Part shown: positions 8,428 through 19,439 of the stretch, in pieces
How positions within the stretch are numbered: position 1 is the first letter of the stretch
Layout of the letters: every line of letters begins with the position of its first letter
Assembly: GCA_963702845.1 (NCBI GenBank)
Contig: OY969763.1
Span: forward strand, 3,424,001 to 3,488,000
Reading direction: 5' to 3'
Length of the DNA stretch: 64,000 nt
Source: an uncultured Verrucomicrobiae bacterium
GTDB taxonomy: Bacteria; Verrucomicrobiota; Verrucomicrobiia; Limisphaerales; Palsa-1400
Notes under the pieces: generated by a model
The model's database searches: none
What the model saw: the letters and a program-made list of their open reading frames with translations, nothing else
Told to the model about the DNA's origin: nothing
Program-made: the position numbers and the translations under genes

Positions 8428-9636
8428 GTGTTTGACACCGCTGTGAAACAGATTCACAAACCATTCCGCCTCGCCCTTCTCCTATTGGCGCTGCTGATAC
8501 CTGCCATCGCAGCGCTTGCCGCAGACAACGCCACCTTAATTTCCGTTTCCATCACCAACGGCACGCCCGTCATGCCGCGCACCGTCTTCACCCAGAGTTG
8601 GACCTTCCAAAACACCGGCACCACAACGTGGTCATCCGGCTCCAGCTATACACTGAACCTCATCGGCACTGACTCCCTGGGGGCCATTCCGCTCCATACC
8701 AATACCACAAAGACCTTCACCACAGTCGCGCGAATCTCCAGCAACACATCCATCGCACCCGGTGCGCAAGGCACATTCAAAATGATGTTCATAGCGCCCG
8801 AGAAACCGGGCCTCGTCTCCAACGTATTTCAATTAAACAACTCCAGCGGCGTCTTCTTCGGCCCGCTAGTCGCCGTGCAAATCAACGTCCAAAACGCTGG
8901 CTCAACCAACCAATACGATCGCGCCAGGGCCATTTCATACGCCAACAACTACGCAGCTTACATTGCCAGCGACGGATATTTTTGGACCAACGGCAACGTG
9001 CCCGCAGACTGGTCCTACTTTTACTACGGTGCCGGCACGCCCGTCCCCAGCAACCTCACCGGTGACGACTGCGCTCATTTCGTTTCCTGTTGCATTGGCC
9101 GCCAGCCGGCGCAATGGGGCGGCGGCCTCTACATTCCCAGCCGAACCTCACCGACCTACGGCGAACCCGGTGCCGGTCGTCTCGTCAACACCGTCCTCAT
9201 CGGCGGCTGTTACGCCGAAGAAGTCTCCTCCCTTTCTGAAATGGAACCCGGCGACGTCATTGGCTGGAACTGGGAAGGCGACCACAACATTGCTAATCTC
9301 GACCACGTCACCATGTACACGGGCAACGGCCACGTCGCCTCACACGCCGCCTCAGTCCTCAACACCTCTGCAGCCACCTGGTATGGTTCAAGCGCCGTCC
9401 ACCATTACATCCACATCTTCGACGCCCCATCCCTTGACTGCGCCGTCGCCAACAACAAAATGATCTTCAGTTGGACCACCAACTGGGCCGGCTACAACCT
9501 TTATTCCTCAACCAACGTGGCTGCTGCAGCTGCTTGGAAAAAAATCACGACAACACCCAGCAAAGTTGGCAACACCTACAAACTCACCAACACCATCGCC
9601 TCCCCCAACCTCTTCTACCGCCTCTCAATGCCTTAA
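8428..9636 (+). CDS. Secreted amidase (Amidase_6/NlpC-P60-like Cys-His) with N-terminal NBR1-like Ig domain and C-terminal FYRL tail
   Basis: AAGGAG precedes GTG at 8428; signal peptide; FTQSWTFQNTGTTTW (NBR1/FW-type Ig); YDRARAISYA..DDCAHFVSCCI..PGDVIGW..DHVTMY; ends NLFYRLSMP. Confidence 0.75.
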   Translation: MFDTAVKQIHKPFRLALLLLALLIPAIAALAADNATLISVSITNGTPVMPRTVFTQSWTFQNTGTTTWSSGSSYTLNLIGTDSLGAIPLHTNTTKTFTTVARISSNTSIAPGAQGTFKMMFIAPEKPGLVSNVFQLNNSSGVFFGPLVAVQINVQNAGSTNQYDRARAISYANNYAAYIASDGYFWTNGNVPADWSYFYYGAGTPVPSNLTGDDCAHFVSCCIGRQPAQWGGGLYIPSRTSPTYGEPGAGRLVNTVLIGGCYAEEVSSLSEMEPGDVIGWNWEGDHNIANLDHVTMYTGNGHVASHAASVLNTSAATWYGSSAVHHYIHIFDAPSLDCAVANNKMIFSWTTNWAGYNLYSSTNVAAAAAWKKITTTPSKVGNTYKLTNTIASPNLFYRLSMP

Positions 9637-9683
9637 TTCGCCCGAGCCTTTGGAACCTCAAAGTTGCTCGCATGGCTATGTCC

Positions 9684-9718
9684 TATCTGATATCTGCTAT
9701 CTGCCATTTGCTATCGCC
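9684..9718 (+). repeat. Degenerate heptamer tandem repeat
   Basis: TATCTGA TATCTGC TATCTGC CATTTGC TATCGCC; a similar ATTTGCC-type array is at 10114..10141. Confidence 0.7.
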
Positions 9719-9962
9719 GCCGCCCGCGTCCGTTTCCGTGCTGCCGATCGCGATCAAACGCAATTCCCAAACAACTGCTGGGACACTTCCCCAAACTCCG
9801 CTAGGAGTGCCATATCTATAGATCAACCGCCAAAAAAAATTATCCATTGTTTCCGCGGGCCGACACCCGTCCGCAAGCGAGCGCTAGTAATCCAGGGTAA
9901 GGCGCTCGCTGCTGTAGCGACGGCAAAGTTTCGCAGACACCCACCCCCACCGGGGGGTTAGA

Positions 9963-10044
9963 GCCGTCAGGCCGTCAGGAATGTTGGTGGTCAATGGGTT
10001 GCGGGCCAATTCAGCCGTCAGGCTGACGGCAGGCACCCGTCAGG
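9963..10044. repeat. CCGTCAGG direct/inverted repeat cluster
   Basis: CCGTCAGG at 9964, 9972, 10015 and 10037; palindrome GCCGTCAG-G-CTGACGGC at 10014..10030. Confidence 0.75.
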
Positions 10045-10057
10045 TTTAATTTCAATC

Positions 10058-10094
10058 AAAAAGCCCGGAGCACAATCGCTGCTTCCGGGCTCTT
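10058..10094 (-). terminator. Probable intrinsic terminator
   Basis: AAAAAGCCCGGAGCA..TGCTTCCGGGCT hairpin with a T-run on the minus strand, between the convergent amidase and S8 genes. Confidence 0.55.
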
Positions 10095-10171
10095 GAATTT
10101 TGTGAGGCCAGCGATTTGCCCTTCGCCATCCGCCATTTGCCATATTACTCAACCGTTGCCGCCTGTGACCA

Positions 10172-10200
10172 GGTAGGGCTCGTCGCTCCGCGAGCGCCGC
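10172..10200 (+). repeat. GTAG-type REP-like element, copy 1
   Basis: GGTAGGGCTCGTCGCTCCGCGAGCGCCGC; 27 of 29 bases identical to 61673..61701. Confidence 0.75.
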
Positions 10201-10415
10201 TAACGGCGGCACCTGGAGCGGGATTATTTTATACTGTGTAGCCGACCACGACGACCCAACCCTGTGGCACCTCGCGATCAGAGACGGAGAAAGCAACGCT
10301 CACGACGTCTTTACAAAGAGAAAATAAACTCCCGTCGTTTGCAATTTGTATTTGCCTGTCGTCTCCGCATCGCATAGGGCAACCTACCTAGAGCCAGCGA
10401 GTTAGCCCTTGTAGG

Positions 10416-12839
10416 TTATGCTCTGACGCGCGATTGAAGTTGGACTTGAGCGAGCACTCGGGCCTGAACTTGACTATACAAACGCTGACACCGTCCGGTG
10501 GTATCTTCTAACCGGACCGCAAGCCCTAATGGAACCGACGTCGTGTCTTTACACCATGATGCGGCAGACAGTGAAACGGCCAAAATGTAGTCATTCGCGC
10601 TGAACTCTGATTCGTGATCGTGCCACTCAAAAACATCACGCTGCAGAGTGCCGACAGAGCGCCTCTGAATTTTCAGCTTTCCGGGAAGATGATCAACTTG
10701 CACATCAGACGTTAAGTTTTCCTCATCATCGTTGCGTTGCATCATTGAAACAATCTGGTCAGTAGGCTTATCCCCTCGAAACAATCGGAATTTCAATCGT
10801 GCACCGAGATACTCAGCGACACCCCACTGTTGCACCGGTGGAGCACTCGCGACGGCTATGGTTATCCTTTTCAACCCATTTTCTGAATCGCGGATTTCTA
10901 CAGGCACAGGAATCCGAAACAATCCCACTCTATCAACTAAGATTGCACCGTCGTAGAACAGGATGACAGAATGCGGTGCACAATCGGTCGCGCGACTCGC
11001 AATCGGCAACCCATACCCAACGCATTTTAGCAAATCTTCCGCTCTCGCAAAAACAGGATCTGTCGGCGCTTCGGCTGACAACGCCAAAAACGCACGAAGA
11101 AGGGGTGCTGAGGGTTGAGCGATTAGTGGCCGCAAATCCCGAACGATAGATGCTAATTGGTTTGCGACCCGCGGGCCAGCGTAGCTGTTACCGTTCCCAT
11201 GTTGAAGTGGAGGAGTTAACTTGTTACTCGCCATTACAACGTTGGTTCCAGCATTGGAGGCGACCCGCTGTTGAGGATCGCGAACAAGATTTCCGCCTCG
11301 TTCTACAAAGTCTGGTTTGACTGCTTGGCCGAACCCAGGACCTGTCCGCGTAAATGGTGAGGGCTGGTTTTCTCGTGCAATTGGGACCGATGGCGCAACG
11401 ATCACCCTTTCAGAGGGCGCAAGCGACCCGACGGTAACAGCTAACGCCGCTTGTCCAGGATCAAGGATTTTCGCGAGCGCCTGGCGCAAGTACAATGGAT
11501 ATTGCTGATTAGCAGAGAGGTCTTCGACATCAGCGGGAGAGAGGTTGCCTGTAATTGCGACGAACACGACATCGAAGTCTCGCGAAAGCTGGTCCACCGT
11601 CCGCGCCACCCATGAATTGCGGGGCACAAGGTTGCCTCCGGCTTGATTCCAAATGTGCCCGACAATGCTAAACGAAAGCACGAAGATGCGGACCCCATTC
11701 GGACGGAAGTGAGCAACTACATCCCTGAGGATTCTCGATAGGAGTCGGGCTTCCCGTAAACGCTGGACGCCATCGTCATCAATGTACGGGGTGTCCAGCT
11801 CTCCTGCATCGTTGGTTATGCGGGCGGATGCGACGAATGCAGATGCCGAGTTGGCAGACCCGTGGCTCATGTCAATTTGATAGTACGCCGCTAACGACGC
11901 TACGCCTGACCCGTGTCCCACGCCATCTGCATCAGGAGCAAAACCATCAATAAAACTGTGTGATATTTGCGTGCGTAGTACAGGTTGCAGAAATGGGTTA
12001 GCACCGGCTACACCGGTATCGATGACGCAAATCGTCTCGGCATCATCGGGCGGCGTGCTCAGCGTGGTGTTCGAGACCGAAAAGCTCTGGTAAACCGTCT
12101 CAAACGTTTCGAAATGTGGTCGCTTCTCAAACAAAACGATTTGACGCCACCACCGCGGATCCTCAACAAGCGCCTTCAACTTCTCACCTGTGCTGGATAA
12201 GACAGCTCTTGCACCAACACCGGCAAAGTCCGTTTCGTAAATTCGGCCGTCGATTGCGCCGAGAAACTCACGCAGTTCCGTTAAGCTACGCTCCACCTCG
12301 CGACGACGTGTCTCTAATCGCGTTGCAAAGCTTGCCACCTCTATTTCGTAAACAACGAATTCTTGGTGAATAAGTGATTCATAGTCGGCTGCAAATTCCG
12401 GCGACAACCGAGCTTTAGGATCAGCAACTGCAATCGATGAAATGCGGGTGACAAACTCAACTCCCGTTGGCCGTTCAGAAACAGTGTCAGCCGCGATTTT
12501 GCCAAGACGTTCTTCCAGCGTCTCTAAACTTTTTTTCTTCGGTACGACCAAAGTCTCGGTCGAAGTCGAAGGGCCCATCGGCATAAGACCGGTTCCACGA
12601 AGGTCCAATTTTGTCAGCGGTCTATCATGCGTCAGTTTAAGAAATGCCGCTCGCCTCTGCTCAGGTGTAAGTTGACGCACAACTGTCGCAATTTCTCGAA
12701 GTTCCGTTCGAAGGGTGTGACATTTTGTGGTCCTTTCCGAAACGGCAACGGGTGGCAACCTAGGAAATGGTAACCTTTCGCGCCTACGGGCGCTTATATG
12801 AGGTTGAGAGATTTGAATTGGCGGGTATTCGCTATTCAT
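10416..12839 (-). CDS. S8 (subtilisin-like) serine peptidase, IetS/Y4bN-like
   Basis: Triad motifs VIDTG, GHGSGVAS and GNSYAGP; SPFTRTGPG..KPDFVERGGN; VGYGLP. No signal peptide; 4-bp overlap with the upstream ATPase. Confidence 0.9.
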   Translation of the reverse strand: MNSEYPPIQISQPHISARRRERLPFPRLPPVAVSERTTKCHTLRTELREIATVVRQLTPEQRRAAFLKLTHDRPLTKLDLRGTGLMPMGPSTSTETLVVPKKKSLETLEERLGKIAADTVSERPTGVEFVTRISSIAVADPKARLSPEFAADYESLIHQEFVVYEIEVASFATRLETRRREVERSLTELREFLGAIDGRIYETDFAGVGARAVLSSTGEKLKALVEDPRWWRQIVLFEKRPHFETFETVYQSFSVSNTTLSTPPDDAETICVIDTGVAGANPFLQPVLRTQISHSFIDGFAPDADGVGHGSGVASLAAYYQIDMSHGSANSASAFVASARITNDAGELDTPYIDDDGVQRLREARLLSRILRDVVAHFRPNGVRIFVLSFSIVGHIWNQAGGNLVPRNSWVARTVDQLSRDFDVVFVAITGNLSPADVEDLSANQQYPLYLRQALAKILDPGQAALAVTVGSLAPSERVIVAPSVPIARENQPSPFTRTGPGFGQAVKPDFVERGGNLVRDPQQRVASNAGTNVVMASNKLTPPLQHGNGNSYAGPRVANQLASIVRDLRPLIAQPSAPLLRAFLALSAEAPTDPVFARAEDLLKCVGYGLPIASRATDCAPHSVILFYDGAILVDRVGLFRIPVPVEIRDSENGLKRITIAVASAPPVQQWGVAEYLGARLKFRLFRGDKPTDQIVSMMQRNDDEENLTSDVQVDHLPGKLKIQRRSVGTLQRDVFEWHDHESEFSANDYILAVSLSAASWCKDTTSVPLGLAVRLEDTTGRCQRLYSQVQARVLAQVQLQSRVRA

Positions 12840-13855
12840 GAAGCTCGTGAGCCCGAACGAGACGCAGCATGCAGTTTTTTACGCCATGCGTGACACTCCT
12901 TCACAATTTCATCCACGGGAGTAATAGAAGTGCGCTCAAGGAGTTTGGTTTTGGCAACCTCTCTTACGGCGCGATCAATTTCTGCATATGAATAGCTTTT
13001 TAACTTCCGGGCAGCGCCGACCAAATCTCCTTGAACACGGAGGCCGCCGGTTAAAAACCGAAGTTGTGCCGCGCGTTCCGGTTCGCCCGGAAGGGGGAAT
13101 TCGATAACGTCGTCAAATCGCCGCCAAATCGCTGGGTCAAATGTCTGCGAATGGTTGCTGGCCAAAATCACCAGGCTATGTTTCGGTGAGAAATAGTCCA
13201 AAGCCTGTAACAAGGAGTTCACAACACGCCGCAGCTCTCCAACGTCATTACGATCTCCTCGTGCCTTCGCAACTGCATCTGCTTCATCGATCAGGAGCAC
13301 CATCGGTCTACCTTCTGCGACGGCAAATACTTTCTGCAAATTCGAAGCTGTTTCGCCAACATAGCTGGTTATTAGACTACTTAACCGAACCACGCCGCAT
13401 GGAATGCCGAGATCACTCGCTATTAGACGCGCAGCTGCGGACTTCCCACATCCAGGAGGACCCCAGAACAACAACCTTCGTTTCGGCTGCAGTCCACCCT
13501 GCTCAAGCTGGTGAACCGCTCGATATTCTAAAGCTATGCGATCTAGCGAGCTCTGAGTATCGCGACTGAAAAACAGTTGCTCACGACGAAGTCCTTCGGG
13601 TACGAATGTGACCAACGAATCAGCCTGCCGCGTTAAAACCTGAACTGTTGCGGGAACCGAGTTGCCGTTTCGTTTTATTTGAGTCAATGCCTCTCGTAGA
13701 GCTTTTGCTTCGCTCGGGCGGTTGCTCATACTCAACTCACGGACGATGGTTTCGGCATTTCGAGAGAACCCAGTCTCATCGTGCATCGCATGCGCGAGCA
13801 CGAGCTTGCGGATGCAATCAAAAATCTCAGGAATCGGCATCGTCGGTTTCAGCAT
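12836..13855 (-). CDS. AAA+ ATPase, IetA-like partner of the S8 peptidase
   Basis: Walker A GPPGCGKS, SYVGETASNL, Walker B LLIDEAD, DVGELRRVVNSLLQ and DPAIWRRFD. Confidence 0.92.
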   Translation of the reverse strand: MLKPTMPIPEIFDCIRKLVLAHAMHDETGFSRNAETIVRELSMSNRPSEAKALREALTQIKRNGNSVPATVQVLTRQADSLVTFVPEGLRREQLFFSRDTQSSLDRIALEYRAVHQLEQGGLQPKRRLLFWGPPGCGKSAAARLIASDLGIPCGVVRLSSLITSYVGETASNLQKVFAVAEGRPMVLLIDEADAVAKARGDRNDVGELRRVVNSLLQALDYFSPKHSLVILASNHSQTFDPAIWRRFDDVIEFPLPGEPERAAQLRFLTGGLRVQGDLVGAARKLKSYSYAEIDRAVREVAKTKLLERTSITPVDEIVKECHAWRKKLHAASRSGSRAS

Positions 13856-14232
13856 ACGGACTTTATCTTACAGCTACAAGCCGAGCGTATTCTGATGAAA
13901 AACAGCGTTCAAGGACGTTACGCATCATTTTGTTTCGTTGTTACGCCGTACCGTAAGCCCGAATCATGCAAGCCACTTTCTGTTTTTCAAGCTGCCGCGC
14001 GCGCCTTTGCTTTGACGAAGTCACATACGGTCACCCAAAAAAAAGTTTTTAAAAACGACCTCGAATCGCAGAAAAGTCCACGCCCGCTTACGTTTTGCTC
14101 CATTTTGCACTGCAAAAAACCACGCATTTTCGCGCCATTTTTTGCACGTTCACCATCGTCCTTGCCAGTTTACTCTCTGCAGCTCGCTATTTCCGTTGTA
14201 GCTCCAGGGCGGTTTCGCTAAAACTATCCCTA

Positions 14233-15494
14233 ATGCCCTCATCCGTCGCCGAAACCACCGCGCCCACGACCGCCGTCGCGTCTAATCGCGAAAAATGGCT
14301 CGTGCTCGCCGCTGCCTTTTTCGGCTGGATGTTCGACGGACTTGAACAAGCCGTTTTCCCACTCGCCGGTCGCCCTGCCTTGCAGGACCTCTTGCACACC
14401 CAAAACGACGCCATCATCGGCCAATACTTCGGTTACATCACTGCCTTGTTTTTAATCGGTGCTGCCCTCGGCGGCTTCGTCTTCGGCTGGCTCGGGGACC
14501 GCTTCGGCCGCGTTCGCACAATGACTTGGAGCATCCTCACCTACTCCATCTTCACCGGGCTCTGCTACTTCGCGAACAGTCCGTACCAACTCGGCGCGCT
14601 CCGTTTCATTTCCGCCATCGGCATGGGCGGCGAATGGGCTCTCGGCGTCGCGCTCGTCATGGAATTCTGGCCTGAAAAAGCGCGCCCACTTCTCGCCGGC
14701 GCAATCGGTGCAGCTTCCAACGCCGGATATGCCTTGATTTCCTTCCCGGAATGTTCATCAAAATCGACCAAACCTCCTGGCGCTGGGTCATGCTCGCAGG
14801 CGCGGCGCCGTCCTTGCTCAGCTTGCTAATCGCGTATCTTCGTCCCCGAATCCGACGTTGGAAAGCCGCCGTCGAAACAGCCAAACCCATCCCGTCCGCG
14901 AAGTATTCTCACGCGCAATGTTGCGTCGGACCCTCCTTGGAATTGCCATTGCCGCCATTGCTCTGATCGGCACATGGGGCTCCGTGCAATGGATCCCGAC
15001 ATGGGTCAACAAAATGGTCGGGCATCAAAACCCACACGCCGCACCCACTTCACTCCTCTTCGCAGCCATTGGCGCGATGATCGGATGCTTTGTCGGTTCC
15101 CTGCTGGCCGAGCATTCGGCCGCCGCTGGACCTACTTCCCCTCTGCCTCGCATCGTGGATCATCACCACAACCCTATTCCGCAGCTTCGATCATTACAGC
15201 CTCTGCTTCGCCGTTAATGTTCGGCCTCGTCGGCCTGTTCACCGCCGCATTCTACGGCTGGTTGCCGCTCTATTTCCCGAACTCTTCCCCACCCGCATGC
15301 GCGCCACCGGCCAAGGCATGTGCTTCAATTTCGGTCGCATCTTCGCCGCCGCTGGCGTCTTTTCAAGGCAACTCGTCACCGCCTACAACGGCAGCTACCC
15401 ACACGCCGGCACGATGGTCGTGCTCGTTTACTTCGCCGGCATGGTCGTCATCTGGTTCGGCCCCGAAACAAAAGGCAAACCTCTGCCGGACTAA
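14233..15494 (+). CDS. MFS transporter (several frameshifts, probably sequencing errors)
   Basis: GWMFDGLE, GWLGDRFGRVR (motif A), GMGGEW, PELFPTRMRATGQG..FNFGR and GPETKGKPLPD, spread across 4-5 overlapping ORFs. Confidence 0.85.
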
Positions 15495-15596
15495 TCGAAA
15501 CGAATCCTCTTTCCAAAAACTTGGTGTCTTGGTGCCCTGGTGGTTAAAACGTTTCTATTTGAATTTTCTGCGGCACGGGGTTTACTTCCCGCTTCG

Positions 15597-16653
15597 ATGA
15601 AAACGAAAGCCTACGCCTCTGCCGGTGTTGACATTGATTTGGGCAACCGAGTCAAAAGCACATTCCCGCAGCCTACTCGCTTCCACCCATCGTCCTGAAG
15701 TCCTCGGCAAAGTCGGCGGCTTCGGCGGCCTGTTCGCTTTCGACACCAAAAAATATCGCCAACCCGTTCTCGTCTCCAGCGCCGACGGCGTCGGCACGAA
15801 ACTCAAAATCGCGTTCGCGATGAACAAGCACGACACCGTCGGCGCCGACCTCGTCAATCATTGCGTCAACGACATCGCCGTCCTCGGCGCTGAACCCCTG
15901 TTCTTCCTCGACTACATCGGCACCGGCAAATTGAAGCCCAAAGTTTTCCAGCAACTCATCACCGGTTTCGCTCGCGCCTGCGCCAAAACAATTGCGCCCT
16001 CATCGGCGGCGAAACCGCCCAAATGCCCGGCTTCTATCAGGAAGGCGAATACGACGTCAGCGGCACCATCGTTGGCGTGGTTGAAAAATCAACAATGCTC
16101 GATGGCAAAACCATCAAACCTGGCGACACCATTATCGGCATCGCCTCGAGCGGCCTGCACACAAACGGCTATTCGCTCGCGCGCAAAATCCTCTTCGAAA
16201 AACTGAAGCTCAAGCCCACTTCACGGTTGCCCGGCATTCGCAATTCCGTCGGCAAAGAACTGCTCAATGTTCACGTCAGTTACGGCCCGCTCGTGCAGAA
16301 GTTGCTGAAACAATTTAATCGTGGCAACAACAGACCGCGTCATCAAAGGCCTCGCTCACATCACTGGCGGCGGCTTCATCGACAACATTCCGCGCGTGCT
16401 GCCAAAAACCTGCGACGTCCTCATTCAAAAAGGTTCCTGGCCTGTCCTGCCGATTTTTCAACTACTCCGCGACAAAGGCGGCGTCGACGAACAGGAATTG
16501 TATCAAGTGTTCAACATGGGCATCGGCATGACAGCTATCGTCGCGACTGAAAAATCGAAGCCGTCCTCAAATCCATCCACGCTCAAAAACACAAAGCCTG
16601 GATCATCGGCAAGTGTCTGTCGCGGTCGGGGAGTTGTAAGATTGTCTAGTTAA
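15597..16653 (+). CDS. purM: Phosphoribosylformylglycinamidine cyclo-ligase (frameshifted)
   Basis: [65 protein letters not shown] and FNMGIGM across several frames. Confidence 0.93.
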
Positions 16654-19424
16654 TCGCGCCAGTGTTCCGGCAGGACTGCCGTGCGCGGGAATGTGCAAAT
16701 CACGTTCGTGCCACGTGGCGCATTCGGTTTGATCTCAAATTGCCCACCCGCTGCTCGTGCGCGATATTCCATGATTCGCAAGCCCATCCCGCCACCCGTG
16801 AGCACGTGCGACGAATCATTGACTACAGTCGGTGCCGGCGGCGGCAACCGAAAACCTTTTCCGTCATCGCTAATACTGAAATTCACTTCGCTCCCGTCCA
16901 CCGCAAGTTCCACCCGGATTCTCTTCGCTGCCCCGTGATTCACCGCGTTATGAATTGCCTCCTGCGCGATACGATAGAGCGCGAGCGCTGCTTCCGGCCG
17001 CAACGGCAAGTGCGTTTGATTGCACTCAAAATGGCAATCCACATCGAACATGTTCTCCGACATATCGGCCAGCGTTGAAAGCGCCGAAATCACTCCGCGC
17101 CCTTCCAACTCAATCGGCTGCAATCCATGAGCAAGACGTCGCGTTTGGCTTAGCGCCTCGCGCATCAAGGCACTCAGCGTTTTTACGTCGTCCTTGCGAT
17201 CGCTTGGAATCGCGCCATTCGACGCCTCCAGTGCGACCTCCAGCGCCTTCACCTTAAAAGCCACGCCCGCGAGGAACTGCCCGAGCCCATCATGCAATTC
17301 ATGACCGATGCGTTGCCGCTCCATCGCCGCAATTTCCAACATCTGCCGTTCCAGATTTTTTTGTTCGGTGATGTTTTCGATCATCGAAATGACATACCGA
17401 ATTTTCTCATCCGCTCCGCGCACCGCCGAAGTCGTCAACATCGTTGACACCACCGTTCCGATCCTTTCGCACGTACCGGATTTCATTGCGATAAGTATCT
17501 ACATGCCCCTGGATCAACGCTTCGAACATCTCACGTTCGCCAACCACATCATCAGCATGGGTCACTGCCGCCGAACTGCCGAACGCCTGCAGTTCCGCTC
17601 CTTGTAGCCGGTGATATTCTCGTAAGCCAAATTGATCTGCAAATAACGACCATCGACATGATGCAAAGCGATGCCAATCGGCGAGGATTGAAACAGGCTG
17701 CGAAACCGCTCTTCGCTCTCCCGCAAAATTGCTTCGGCACGATACCGTTCAGTCATGTCACGCCCGATACCCATCAAACCAATTAGCTCACCATCGCTGT
17801 TCCTGACTTCAGAAGTGCTCAAAAAAATTGGAAACTCGCTACCATCCTTGCGCACGTCCCAAACTTCCCCCACCCAACCGCCCTTGTGCGTTTGCTCCAC
17901 AATCGCCTCTGCCAACCCGGGTGGATTACGTGGCGAATGAAGCATCGAACTGTGTCTCCCAAGGATCTCGTCACGCGTGTAACCCGTAGACAATTCAAAA
18001 GCGTGATTGGCGAAAATCACCTTGTTATTTAAGTCCGTGATACTGATCGGTTCCGTACTGCTTTCGACGGCGTGACCCAATGCCGCCAGCTTTTCATCGA
18101 GTTGCTTTTCCTCGGTAATATCCTCAGCAAGACCAACGATACGATACGGTTTACCGTCCTGGTCCTTCACCGGAAACGCGCGATCGCGAATCCAGCGCAT
18201 CGTTCCATCTGGACGCAAAATTCGATAAACCTGGTTGTATTCTCCAACCTCCTGCTTTTCGAACGCCGCGTTCAACGTGCGCTCTTTGTCGTCCGGATGA
18301 AGGGCATCCACCCAATCCTGCGGTCGTTCATACAAGCTCTTGCACGACCGGCCCCAAATGATTTCGTATCCCGGGCTGACGTAAAGCATTTGCTGTTTCG
18401 TCAGGTCCGTCATCCAAAGCACTTCCTTGATGTTCTCCGCAAGTTGCCGGAACCGTTCTTCACTCTCACGCAGCCCCGCGTTCGCCAATTCAAGTTCGCT
18501 CGTGCGCGCCCGGACACGCGATTCCAATTCCTCATTCGCCTGCAGCAATGCAAATTCCGCTTGCTCTTGCCGACGCCCGATTCGACGCGCCACCAGCGAA
18601 ACAACCAGCGTGACAAATAAAGCCGAAACAAGCGTCTGAAATGCGTCGCGAACTACCGGGTTCAAATTTTTGTAGGCGCGAAACCAGTGCGACAAACATC
18701 CGTCCATGAACACGACAAGAAACGTGATCGGCAAGAATGCTCGCAAAAGCTGTGCGCTCGAGGATCGTCCCGTTAACGCACGCATCGGCAGATATTCAGG
18801 TCCAGCAGCAGCAACCAGCCCGACACTCAAAGCAACGAAAGCAATCGTCGTCGACAGCGCGACCGGGCCCAGCGGACTGTTTCGCTTTCCGCCATAGAGC
18901 AACGGCGTCCCGTAAAGATATCCAAGCAATACGACACACGAGCCAATCAACACAATCGTGGCAAGCGGCGGCACCAGCGATTTAAGTCGAATCCCCTTGC
19001 GCAACAGCAAGACCAACCCGATACCGCACAGAATCAGTCCCGCTCCTGAAATGCGCGAAATCCCGACAAACGGGCGGATATTATAGTCGTAACCATTGAA
19101 CGGAATCGACTGTGGCACAACCTTAACACCGAAGAACAACGGCAGCAGGTCATACCCGCCGAGCAACCCGATCAAGATGCAGAGTGGAATCGCGCCACTC
19201 CTCGCCTTCGTCCAATTTGTTTGCGTCAACAGCAGAGCGGCGCCGAAAGCAATCAGATAAGCCGCAAGATGCGGTGACATCGAAGCGTACTTGGTCTGAA
19301 AAGACGAAAGAAGGAGATTGCCAGTCGCTTTAGCAACGATGCCTAAAACGCCAAACAAAATAACCACGAATCCACAAATCCTCGCCGTCCGTACACAACG
19401 AACATTTAAAGGATTATAGTGCAT
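16650..19424 (-). CDS. Membrane-bound multi-PAS sensor histidine kinase (HisKA_3/NarX-like; frameshifted near 17450-17600)
   Basis: About 7 TM helices; three PAS/PAC segments (WVDALHPDD..WIRDRAFP; RKDGSEFPI); ERQRIGHELHDGLGQ, EAIHNAVNH, DDGKGF and GMGLRIM. Confidence 0.88.
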
Positions 19425-19439
19425 CGCGGGCTGTCTATC

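Noticed and set aside
15597..16653. purM (and coaE, MFS) as true pseudogenes or programmed frameshifts
   Set aside because: Multiple scattered indels with intact motifs and no consistent slippery sites; sequencing error is more parsimonious.
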